A stretch of DNA of 63,927 bases, the filler included, from Octopus bimaculoides (lineage: Eukaryota), in the NCBI RefSeq assembly GCF_001194135.2. It is 5 parts of 5 records of this genome, joined end to end, with 100 filler letters (N's around TTAATTAATTAA, not from the genome) between each part and the next. Parts side by side here need not be neighbours in the genome. Positions count along the whole stretch, not along the records: positions 21,700 to 44,933 come from NC_068985.1; 4 more parts are not named here. One strand, 5' to 3'. The notes beneath the pieces were generated by a model, which worked only from the letters and a program-made list of their open reading frames with translations, was not told the origin of the DNA and did not search any database. The translations under genes were made by a program, and so were the position numbers. Positions 25,559 through 37,102 of this stretch are shown here, piece after piece. How positions within the stretch are numbered: position 1 is the stretch's first letter; each line of letters begins with the position of its first letter.

Positions 25559-25687
25559 CTTCAAACCGTTTCAAATTTTGTGTGAATTGCCAAAACACCC
25601 ACACTGCACCCACTTTCCGATGTCCAAAGTTTTATATAATCGCTAATCACACAACAGTTGTACAACAAGGTCAAGGATTGTGACTCA
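25559..25687 (-). promoter_or_regulatory. Pol II core promoter (TATA + Inr + AP-1 site) and 47-nt non-coding first exon
   Basis: Minus strand: TATAAAA at 25636-25630, GCAGT Inr-like with A at 25605 (TATA at -31), exon ends GAAG|GTGAGTAT at 25559, TGACTCA at 25681-25687. Confidence 0.55.
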
Positions 25688-26072
25688 TCCGTTCACAAGA
25701 ATCGATCTATTCACTCATTGATGATTCATGTCAGCGGTAGCAGCTAGTGATCACCTACTGCGTGTTGCGTCTGCCTTGCTGGCTTCACCTTCTGTAAGCT
25801 TCTTCATTCGTCTGTGTCCATTGCTCTTAGCAACGAATCGTCTCCGTGAACAATCTGTAGCATTTTGTGGACGTCGGGCGACAACATGTTCATCAATCAT
25901 GGCGGCACGTTACTATTGCTTGGAAATTATTATGTAGAAGAATAGGTGGTAAATAGAAGAAGAATTACTCAACCAACATGAGCAATATGAACGACTCTTG
26001 TTACGCCCATGTTTTCATTGATTTCGGTATAACCTACGTAAATATGGGTGCTTACCTTTATACATACATACA

Positions 26073-26104
<32 letters not shown>

Positions 26105-26731
26105 CATGACTGTTTATGAGTATATTTATAAATCCCAAAGCATTCTCTTTTTCAATGATTCATTAGGTTACTCATGCTCACCAATAATCGACGTATAAAC
26201 AAGCGCTTGTTATGGCATAAATAACACAGTATTCAAGAGTAATGGTTCATGAGCGTGCGAATGCCAGTATAAGTGTGTGTGCACAGACGTGTATATGTAT
26301 GTTTGATGTATTGTTACTGATAAGCTATCAGCAAAACAAGTTCCAGGTTAACACCCATATAGCTCATAATCAGGGGGCGAATTGGTAGAGACATTATCGT
26401 GTCGGAGTGCTTGGGGCAGTGTTTCAGTTTTCTGCGCAGTGATTTCAAATCCAGTCAAGGCCAACTTTGTCATTCCAGGAACATATAGATAAAATGACAG
26501 ACAAAAGTTGTAGATTAGCAAAATTGATGGGGCATCGGTCGAGATACCTTGCGCTATCTGTTCTCTCTTTTTTTTTGTTTTTGTTTTTCTTTTCTTTTTT
26601 CGTTCTAATGGCAAAATCGACATAACACTGTTGCTTGGCTATATCGATCGACTCTTGTCTTTGTGGGNNNNNNNNNNNNNNNNNNNNNNNNNNNNNNNNN
26701 NNNNNNNNNNNNNNNNNNNNNNNNNNNNNNN

Positions 26732-26772
<41 letters not shown>

Positions 26773-27915
26773 TTTGCTATTCAGTAGATGTAATCTGTAG
26801 TCGTATAATTTCAGGGTGGAGAGAACAGTCTTTAACTGTCACAAATTGAGTACATTCATGTGTATAACTGAATTAATATTTATAATGTTAATGAACGTGA
26901 TATTAATAATACATTATATATTTCCATTAATTTAAAATCAAATAGAAGTGTTTATTCACCGTGTTGTTGACATCATAAATGTTTATGTACTTTGAGGGAG
27001 TGTGAATTAATTATCATTCTTATTAGAGCAGTGTATCACGAAGTAAAGAGAACTATAATTGGTAGCATGTATGTATTGAGTAAAAATTCCTTTGGATAGG
27101 AAATATCTAAGGCTGCCCATGAGTCACGAACTCACACCCCTTGTATATCCACAGAGTTTTAGAACCAATATTTACAGACTATCATTTACAGTTTTATTTG
27201 CATCGATATATAGTGTTCTAAATGAAAAATTGTTCAGTGTAAGCCGATAGTTGAATTCTCGTCACCACAACTGTGTATTTCGCATCTATCAAACGTGTAC
27301 TTCAACGTTTATTACCGAATACAAATAGAAATTTCCTCTATCGTATTTGTCAGTTTGGTATTTAATTCTTTACCTCATTCATTGGCGTAGAATCGATTAT
27401 TGCATTGATTCACCCGTTGTTGTTCCTCCCTCGAAACCTCTGTCCAATCATCTTATGGAAATATGGTTTCCATCAGATGAATATCAGAATCGGTGGAGTG
27501 TCAAGAAATTAGGTAGATTTAATGGACTGTTTTCTACTTGCGTCAGAAACCATTATGTCTAGGATCCGGATGACGGACGGCAGAATTGGTAGAGCAGCAG
27601 TCGCTTAATCACGTCTCTTAATAATCAGCATTCGAATTCTGCGGGATTGCTTTTTTTTAATTTTCATTCTTTTGGGTCAGTATACTAGAATACCAGTGAT
27701 ATACCGGGGTAAACATAACGGATTATATTCAACCCGCAAATTTGTAACATTTTGGCAATGCACGAAAACATGTTGACCTAACAAATCTTGCTCAAATCAC
27801 AAAATAAGTAATGAAGAAAGTGTTAAGTAGTGAAGCGAGTGTCGGATAATATTGCTTTTGACACTGTGTCCAAAAATAAGAAGACAGATGTTAGTAATGC
27901 TTTGATCTTGAGGAT

Positions 27916-28309
27916 GGAGGCGCAATGGCCCAGTGGTTAGGGCAGCGGACTCGCGGTCATAGGATCGCGGTTTCGATTCCCAGACCGGGCGTTGTGAGTG
28001 TTTATTGAGCGAAAACACCTAAGGCTCCACGAGGCTCCGGCAGGGGATGGTGGCGAACCCTGCTGTACTCTTTCGCCACAACTTTCTCTCACTCTTACTT
28101 CCTGTTTCTGTTGTTCCTGTGATTCAAAGGGTGAGCCTTGTCACAATGTGTCACGCTGAATATCCCCGACAACTACGTTAAGGGTACACGTGTCTGTGGA
28201 GTGCTCAGCCACTTGCACGTTAATTTCACGAGCAGGCTGTTCCGTTGATCGGATCATCTGGAACCCTCAACGTCGTAAGCGACGGAGTTCCAACAACACC
28301 AACAACAAC
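27916..28309 (+). mobile_element. Young tRNA-derived SINE (family C) with (CAA)n tail
   Basis: A-box tggcccagtggttag, B-box gtttcgattcc; nearly identical to the copies at 32844-33233 and 38218-38504. Confidence 0.9.
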
Positions 28310-29881
28310 GATGATGACGACGACGACGACGACGGCGTAATAGTCACACAAGCACCAATCAACATTTGATAAAAGTTCTTTCCGTGTCACATTCCATAGT
28401 GGTTACTGGTTACAGTAAAAGGAGTGACTTATCATAAACAAATTGCTATAAAGTTGTAAAACGCCTTTATTGTATTTTTACCTTTATTTTTTTATTATCA
28501 AATACAATAGATAAATGATATAAATGTTTTGTGTATACACAAAGTCAGCGTGTTTGCAGAATAGTTAAATCGCTAGAAAAATACCTTGCGTTATTTATTC
28601 TGGCTTTTTACGCTCCGAGTTCAAATCTAGCTGAGATCACTCCGGGGAGGGTAAAATAATACATTAGGGCCGGTGGTATCGACTTATAGCCTACCATCAA
28701 AAATTGCTAGTCTTGCGTCTGTGTTAGAAGCAAATATTTAGCGGCGAGCTGGTCGAGTGGTTAAAGGTTCAGAAGTATTCATTTGTAGCAGCTTATGCAC
28801 TGAGTTCAGATACTATCGATGTGACTCTTTTATTTTATTCCTTCAAGTTCGATAAAACAAAGTACCAATCAAGTACTGGGGGTCGATAGTATCGATTAAT
28901 CTCCTCATTACAACTTTACTATAGTGGACAGTAGAGTTAGAGGAGTTTGCATAAATTAAAATCATTTATTCAGACACACCTCATTACGTTCCAAGCTCAA
29001 ATCCTATAGCGGCTAAATTTGGGGCTCTTAAGCTGCTGGTGTCCCCCCAGAAATATACGAGGGATGTTTTGCTACCTTCTCTTTAATAATCCTTTCTACA
29101 ATAGGCACAATTTAGAAGAAGGGGACTAGTTGTTTAGAGCGACCCCAGTCTCCGTTGGTTACGCTTTGGAATTATAGTTGCTTCTGATAGGTTCCTATGG
29201 AGGAGATGCATGAAAACTCTACCCCAACAATCCTTTCGGGTATAATGGGTGGAAAAGGTGGATGGATGAATTTCTATTATTATTCCTCGACAATATAAAA
29301 TCAGAAGTTTTGAAATTGGGTGTTCCTTTTAACCTACAACAATTTAAATCAAATGTATTTAGTAATTTCTCAATTCGGTGACAGATGACTGATTCACAGA
29401 TTTACTTCTGACATGGAAAGTAAAGCTCACAAAATATTGGGAATGGATTATAACAAATACGGTCACATGGTTTAATTTTCCTCATTACTCAAGAATATCT
29501 CAGTGATGTATATCTCGTGGGACATCAGATATAAATCAGAGTTGAAATGAAGATCTGGAACCTCTTATAACCCACAGAATTTAAATTAATGGACAGGTTT
29601 CTGTATTTCATCTATTTTAGCAAATTTAATATTTGTTTAACTTATAGTGTGTTGACAAACCCGGGATCGGAAAAGCCAGTAATCCGGAAAGGCAACTGAA
29701 TCAAATGTTCGCGAAACTCGAAGTTTAAGGGTTTTCGGTGTGACAATAGCTACTAGCCGTATCAGAGTCCGCCAGGAGAATGTGTCGGTCTAAATTACTC
29801 GTTTCATATTTTCCACTCCAACGGCTAACTTTTTACTTTCAAAAACTTCAATTATACTTCAATGATAATTTAGATAAGTTA

Positions 29882-29937
29882 GATATGTTTCGGCCAAAGA
29901 TTAGCCGAGGCCATGTCTAACGTAATAGCACCACCTA
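29882..29937 (-). mobile_element. Short CR1 3' tail fragment
   Basis: Reverse complement of the 23875-23930 tail (ggtggtgctatta.gttagaca.ggcc...ggccgaaac.tatc). Confidence 0.6.
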
Positions 29938-30187
29938 AACGATGACGTTGACATTCAATATATTATCCACAGAAACGTAAGAATTCCATTGTAATTGAAT
30001 GGAGGCAAGTTACTAAGATTCGTCTACTTCCTCAATTTCTCAATGTAGACATTTATATTTACGTAATTGATTCACACGTATGACGTAAATATCACCACGA
30101 ATAAAACTATGTGTCAAGGCTAAATACACCACCGTCAAGATAGCGTTTTTCACTCAAATATACATGTATCTGGTGCGTGTATATATG

Positions 30188-30522
30188 AGAGACCCATTCG
30201 GTCATGACTGACAATGGGATTGCACCTAGAAAGTTACCTTCCCAGGCACAAGTCCGGGCAAGGTTGTTTATGGAAGACTAGCAGTTGCCCATGCATACTA
30301 ACCTCCCCTCTCCACGCCACCAGTGTTATCCAAGGGAAAGGCAACGGCCGATACAGCTTGGCACCTGTGACGTCGCAGCTCATTTCTACAACTGAGTGAA
30401 TGGAGCAACGTGAAATAAAGTGTCTTGCTCAAGAACACAATACGCAGCTCGGTCCGGGATTCGAACTCACAACCTCACGATCGTAATCTCGACGCTCTAA
30501 CAACTGACCCATGCGCCTTCAC
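30188..30522 (-). mobile_element. tRNA-derived SINE (family E), full-length
   Basis: Minus-strand head gtgaaggcgcatgggtcagttgttagagcgtcg, B-box gagttcgaatcc. Confidence 0.85.
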
Positions 30523-30579
30523 GCGTGTATATATACATACATGCATATACACACCCATATAAGTTCTTATATATATATG

Positions 30580-30674
<95 letters not shown>

Positions 30675-31069
30675 ATATATAGGCGTTTGATTCAGGAGAC
30701 ATGGAGAAATGCGTGACGGGCGCGTAGGCAGAGGGCTATGAAGCAATTACTCTTTCCTAAAACAGGGAAATTGAAAAAAAAAAAACATTAACAATTACAA
30801 ATCATCAATGATGAAAAACCAATTTCTGATTAACGTTCAAGCTTATTTCTTGATAAAACAATCTTCTAAAATTTTTATTGTACCCTCAGAATACACTAAT
30901 TAATGCCTCATTATTTATTCTCCGCGTTAGCTTTGACGTTACACTCTAGTCTTGGAGCTTTATATCTCTTCTATGTTCAGTCTTTGTTGTAAAAATGTGC
31001 GTACGTCTTCTGTCAGTTGACAGTATGTAAAGTCGATCTCTGCTGTATTTACCACTCTCTCTCTCTCCA

Positions 31070-31197
<128 letters not shown>

Positions 31198-31259
31198 GTG
31201 CGTGATCTGTCCTTATTAGGCTTGTATATCTGAATGGCATTCAATAAATCTCATCATGG

Positions 31260-31530
31260 AAAACAAAAAAGCACGCCAAGCGTTTAATCACCAAAACTCT
31301 AATTGTGCAGATAATCAAGACAGCTTCTTCGTGTCTAAAGACGATGAGGATAAGTGGTACAGCCTCCAGCAGCCATGTAAATCGATCCGTGATGCGGCAA
31401 AGCCTTTCTTCCCGCTTGCGCTTAGTAGAGTCAGTTTGCGTGATCCGATCCATCACTTTGGACTTGGATGTCTCAACACAGTGGTTCAGCGGGTAAGGAC
31501 GGCTCGGATGAACAGAGAGCTGTAGGCTTC
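31260..31530 (-). mobile_element. Possible Gypsy integrase relic
   Basis: RITDRFTWLLEAVPL resembles the Gypsy integrase motif T.VDRFTRWPEA.PL; the rest is frameshifted. Confidence 0.4.
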
Positions 31531-32058
31531 ACAGTGGCGTGGCTTTCTCCTACGGGAGTTTCGTTTCAGACATGGAGAGATCCTTGTTCAGGGTTCAATA
31601 AATAAAGAGAAAGAAAAGTATGCGTCTATTTATAACTGTTTGACAGTGACTTTATATTATTGCACGGAAAATTGCAACAGTAGAGAAATGAATAATTAAA
31701 TACCGTGTTACACGCTTCAAAGACAGAAACAGGAATATCAACGATAAAATTTCAATATCGTTGAACGAGACACAACTTCCAAAACCATTGTCGAAGCAGT
31801 TTTGTAAGATTTCACGCTAAGCATATCGCAAATATTTTATTCGTTAATTATTTCATTCTTTTATTCGCTCATTTGATTGCGGCCATGCTGGAGCACCGTC
31901 TTAAGTCGAACAAATCTACTCGTTGACTTATTCTTTTTAAGCCTGGTACTTATTCTGTCAGTCTCTTTTGCTGAACCGCTAGCTTATAGGGACGTAAACA
32001 CATCAACATCGGTTGTCAAGCGATGGTGGGGTATCAACCACAGATACACAAACATATA

Positions 32059-32665
32059 CAGGGATGATCAATAAGTATCCGGACTGTTGCCATAGTAACG
32101 AAGCTAAAATACTCAGGGTAAATCCGCTTGGTACAGATTAAACTTGAACTCTGCTGTGCATGCGCACTAAGTTTTAACGTTCCAGCTCAATTCCGCTCTT
32201 TACAGCAGCGCTTGGAAAGAACGTGGGTAGCGTGCGATCGTAGCATTGACGATGACAGAGAAAGTTAAGCAGAGAATCTGCATCAAATTTTGCTAAAAGA
32301 TTGACAATACCTGCTCAGAAGCCTACGCAAAGTTTTCAAAAACTTTTCATCGTTCTCGACACAATCAAGAAGATATTGGGCAACTGAAACCCGAGTGTCT
32401 TTTCGGTCAGCTGAAAGCAGTTTTGGCTCGAACTTGGCAGACACGTGTCTCATACCCAAATCTTCAGTGACAATGGACTGAACTAAACCGTAACTAAGCC
32501 GCACGACCTCTGATAAATCACTGATGCTGATTCGACCCCGCCACACACACAGCTGTACGCACATCTGCGAAGTTTTACTCGGTTCTGCTGGTTGCGCATC
32601 TCCCAAAACTTTCGTTAATTTCGACATTTTCGGCCATATTGGAAACGTCTGTACCACCCGTATAC
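32059..32665. mobile_element. Rearranged mariner remnant
   Basis: Plus strand from 32252: MTEKVKQRICIKFC*. Adjacent minus-strand piece: SYGLVQSIVTEDLGMRHVSAKFEPKLLS...VAQYLLDCVENDEKFL. Left end TA|CAGGGATG. Confidence 0.85.
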
Positions 32666-32843
32666 TTTTGTGCGGCTCATGTTGGAAAAGGCATGAACAT
32701 TATACAATATTAAGGCCGTCTTTTACAAAAGTCTGTCGTTGCTTTTAATAAAAAGGATCTAATTTTTGATTTCAAGGAATAAAAGATGTAATTCAAAATA
32801 AAATGCTCAGAAGTAGAGTTTTATTCATTTAACAGGGACGCTT

Positions 32844-33233
32844 GTTGTTGTTGGCACTCCGTCGCTTACGACGTCGAGGGTTCCAGTTGATCCGATCAAC
32901 GGAACAGCGTGCTCGTGAAATTAACGTGCAAGTGGCTGAGCACTCCACAGATACGTGTACCCTTAACGTAGTTCTCGGGGGATATTCAGCGTGAGACAGA
33001 GTGTGACAAGGCTGACTCTTTGAATTATAGACACAAGAGAAACAGGAAGTAAGAGTGAGAGAAAGTTGTGGTGAAAGAGTACAGCAGGGTTCGCCACCAT
33101 CCCCTGCCGGAGCCTCGTGGAGCCTTAGGTGTTTTCGTTCAATAAACACTCACAATGCCCGGTCTGGGAATCGAAACCGCGATCCTATGACCGCGAGTCC
33201 GCTGCCCTAACCACTCTGCCATTGCGCCTCTAC
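32844..33233 (-). mobile_element. Family C SINE with 12-bp TSD
   Basis: ACAGGGACGCTT at 32832-32843 and 33234-33245 flanks a full-length copy. Confidence 0.92.
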
Positions 33234-33404
33234 ACAGGGACGCTTAAACTATAAGAAAACTTATTTCTACTATTTAAGTAACGGATCAATTAATTGATTC
33301 CTTTGTTCAGTAATTAAGAGTTTACAAAACCCGGTCGTTGCCGTCTAAATTAACACATAACGTAGCGCCCTGTTACAAAGTTATTCCATGCATTTATTAT
33401 TTCT

Positions 33405-33648
33405 CATTTGTTTCAGTAATTAAACCGTGGCCATGCTGGAGGAGAGTCTTGAAGAATTTTGAGTCGATCGAATCGACCACAGTACTTATTTTTGTTTAAA
33501 CCTGGTACTTAATCTAAAGGACGCATTTTTTTATTTGCCGAACCACTAAGTTAGGAGGACGTAAACACACCGACACCGGTTGTTAAGCGGTGGTGGGGAC
33601 AAACACCAACACAAAGACACACATATACATACCTTTATCAATTTATCT

Positions 33649-33691
<43 letters not shown>

Positions 33692-33843
33692 AAAAATATG
33701 TGACACTTATTCGGTGGTCACGATAAAACTCCGAATATAAAATTGATAAAACTACCGAATAAGTGTCACATATTTTTACAGATAAATTCCTCTATTTACA
33801 TAAAATCGAGATCTCTTTCTTTTGTTGTCCTTTCTATCAATAC

Positions 33844-33878
<35 letters not shown>

Positions 33879-33906
33879 CACAAATATATATATATATATA
33901 TATATA

Positions 33907-33953
<47 letters not shown>

Positions 33954-34335
33954 ATGAACAGCAACGACGCCACCCGTTTGACTTTGAATCTCTTTAACAA
34001 TTCAAAATAGTGAATTTTGTTCCCCTTAATTCTATCTCAGTTCATCTAATTGTATTTATTCACCGCTACTTTTCATTAAAAAAAGCCTTTATTGTTTTAT
34101 ATTCAATGTGCATTTCCGCTTTTTTTCCTTCTTACTTTCCCTATATCCTTTCCACGTGTAGTTTCTATTTTGTTTTTGAAACATTTCTATTATATATATA
34201 TATATATATATATAATACGAAATCCACTCACAAGGCTTTGGTCGGCCCGAGGCCATAGTAGAAGACACTTATCCAAGATGCCACACAGTGAGACTGAACC
34301 CAGAATCATGTGGTTGGTAAGCAAGCTCCTTACCA
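33405..34335 (-). mobile_element. Family B SINE whose internal microsatellite region is expanded and contains insertions
   Basis: 3' module at 33405-33620 and 5' tRNA/CORE-like module at 34215-34335, with (TA)n/(CA)n and a MITE between them. Confidence 0.65.
33685..33784. mobile_element. 100-bp palindromic MITE in (TA)n
   Basis: 34-bp arms tatcggtaaaaatatgtgacacttattcggtggt / actaccgaataagtgtcacatatttttacagata. Confidence 0.8.
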
Positions 34336-34662
34336 CGCAGTCATATCTGCGCCTGACATGTTTTATGCAAAAGGCGATGCAATAACTCACGAAATAACAA
34401 CAAGTCAACGTTAACCACCTGGTAATATATGAGACCTTTAAATTTTGCTGAAACTGAATCAAGGTTGGTCTCTGGTTTTAATATAGAGTACGGAGCAGCA
34501 GGCTTTGACTGTGTAGTAAGAAGTTTGCTTCCCAATCACATGGAACAGAGATTCAGTACCACTGCATGCCACCTTGAGCGAGTGACTTCTACTATGGCGT
34601 CTAGTCGACCAAACAGTTATGCGTGGATGTGGTTGACGAAAACTGAAAGAAGTCCGTCGTGC

Positions 34663-34713
<51 letters not shown>

Positions 34714-35000
34714 CCTCACTACTGCTTCCCAACTGGTGTTAGAGCATTTACATCCCTGCAACCTAGTGGTTCGGCAAAAACGATCTGTAGAGTAAGTACC
34801 AGGCTTAACAAAAAAAAAAAAGAAGAAGAAAACAGTTCTCGGGTCGATTCATACGACTAAATATTCTCGAAGGTGGTGATTGGTGCTCCAGCATGGCCAC
34901 AGTCTAATGACTGAAACAGATAAAAGCTAGAAATATTTTGTTTATGAGGTTTTTGTCTAGAGTACTTTTAGAAATTTTCTACACAATAAAAATAAAATGT

Positions 35001-35154
35001 GTGGCTGCATGGTAAGAAACTTGCTTCCCAATCACATGGTTACGGGTTCAGTCCCACTGCATGGCACCTTGGGCAAGTGTCTTCTACTCTAGCCTTGGGC
35101 CGACCAAGGCCTTGTGAGTGGACTCGGTAGACGGAAACTGAAAGAAGCCCGTGG

Positions 35155-35186
<32 letters not shown>

Positions 35187-35203
35187 TACACACACACACG
35201 CAC

Positions 35204-35249
<46 letters not shown>

Positions 35250-35475
35250 ATGGGCGTGTGTGTGTGTGTGTGTGTATGTGTGTGTGTGTTTGTCCCCCAC
35301 CATCGTTTGACACCGATGTTGGTGTATTTATGTCCTCGTAACTCAGTGGTTCGGCATAAGAGGCCAATGGTAGATGTACTATGCTTACAAAGAATAAGTC
35401 CTCGGGTCGATTTGTTCGACTAGAGGCGGTACTCCAGCATGGCCGCAGTCAAATGACTGAAACAAGTAAAAGAAT
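35001..35475 (+). mobile_element. Family B SINE (tRNA head, CORE-like ccttgggcaagtgtctt, internal microsatellite, 3' module)
   Basis: Colinear with 43771-44230 and 56222-56640. Confidence 0.85.
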
Positions 35476-35524
35476 GAAATGATTTCTTTCGGCAAATTAC
35501 ATTTGGATATTCTCTTGCTAAAGA

Positions 35525-36390
35525 CATCAAAATACTCTTTTTCTACTCTGGGCACAAGGCCCGAAATTTTAGGGTAGGGGCCAGTCGTTTAGATCGACTC
35601 CACCACAGAACTGGTACTTAATTTATCCAACCCAGAAAAGAATGAAAGGCAAAGTCGACCTCGGTGGAATTTGAACTCAGAATGTAAAGACAGACGAAAT
35701 ACGGATCTTTTTTAAAACGGGGGCCACATTTTTCATTAACGAAACACTTTGAAACTTGGAACACTGGTAGAATGTGTCATATAAAACATCTTTTTCTCTT
35801 AGTCTTCTTTAAAAAAAAAGAAATCCCTAAGTTATTCCATGTTAAAGTTGTCGTATTTCTGTAATTTCAACCAATCACTGACGTCCATTCAGCCGATATA
35901 CATTAAGTGCCGACTACATAAACAAACGATTCTGAAACAATTCTATCAGTGATAGGGTTAGGGTTAGGGTTAGGGTTAGTGTAAAACAGCAATTTTAAAA
36001 AGAAAAAAGCAAATAAAACGAAGAAAAAAAGAAGAAAATGAAAAAAGCAAATTTAAAATGAAAAAAGCAAAAAAAAAAAACGAAGNNNNNNNNNNNNNNN
36101 NNNNNNNNNNNNNNNNNNNNAAATGTAAACAACTGAATACTTGTCAGTGATTGGTTGAAATTATCGAAATAAGACAATTTTTTACATGAAATAAATTCGA
36201 ATACAAAAATATTTTTCTGTTCTATAACACAAAATAGATAAGTATACGAAGTTTGAAAGTCTTTCGGTACCAAAAACACTACGTAAAACATTAATGAAAA
36301 CTGTGGCCCCCGTTTTAAAAAAGATCTCGAAATACTGCTAAGCATTTCGCCCGGCGTGCTAACGCTTCTGCCAGCTCGCTGCCTTAACGA
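35525..36390 (-). mobile_element. Family A SINE split by a MITE insertion
   Basis: The halves 35525-35702 and 36328-36390 rejoin at the duplicated CGAAATAC. Confidence 0.85.
35703..36327. mobile_element. Non-autonomous DNA transposon with TIRs, 8-bp TSD and internal (TTAGGG)4
   Basis: TIR (g/a)gatcttttttaaaacgggggccaca; TSD CGAAATAC at 35695-35702 and 36328-36335; internal inverted aatttcaaccaatcactgac; tagggttagggttagggttagggttag at 35953-35979. Confidence 0.88.
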
Positions 36391-37102
36391 CAACAAAATA
36401 AGACTCAAACTTGTTTACAGTTATTTCTCATATCAGCCGGATACGCACAAATAACTTCAGCTTTCAATGTTCTTTTCTAATGTCTCGCACGTTTGTTTGA
36501 ACGCCTCTTTGTTATTCCGTGTTCGCGAGCTTCCACAATAACTAGATGCTTATTGGTGTAAAAGATATAGGCCAATTTTTTTGTTATCGTCGCCAACTAG
36601 CATTTGTTGCTATTGTTGTGTAACCTGAACTAAATTTGTTTTCAGCCTCGATAAACGGTGGGAACGGGGAGAAAGCAAAGCAATGATAAGTACTATAGCC
36701 GTAAGATCTTTGTTTGCCGAACCCTAAATCACCTTTCTTATTACAACAGCATTTCTTTATCTCACCTCTTACTCCCTCTCTATGACTTCACACATTAAAT
36801 GTCCTACCTGTCCACATATTTCTTTCTTCTACTCCTTCTGACGCCTCTTTCCTCACTCACGTACTTGTATTTTAAATACCACCCTGTTTTGCAGTGAACC
36901 ATCAAGCCTCTACCCACACGACTGGCCCGCTAAAAATAGTAGACAAATTTCCCTTGGTTCATACTCTACTGCCTCCAAAAAAGGAAAAAAAAATATTTAT
37001 ATAACGAATAGGCACCATATTCCATCAAAGCGAGAAAAAAGTCAAACACAGCCTGGGGGGGGGGAATTATACACACGCTCAAATATATATATATACACAT
37101 AT

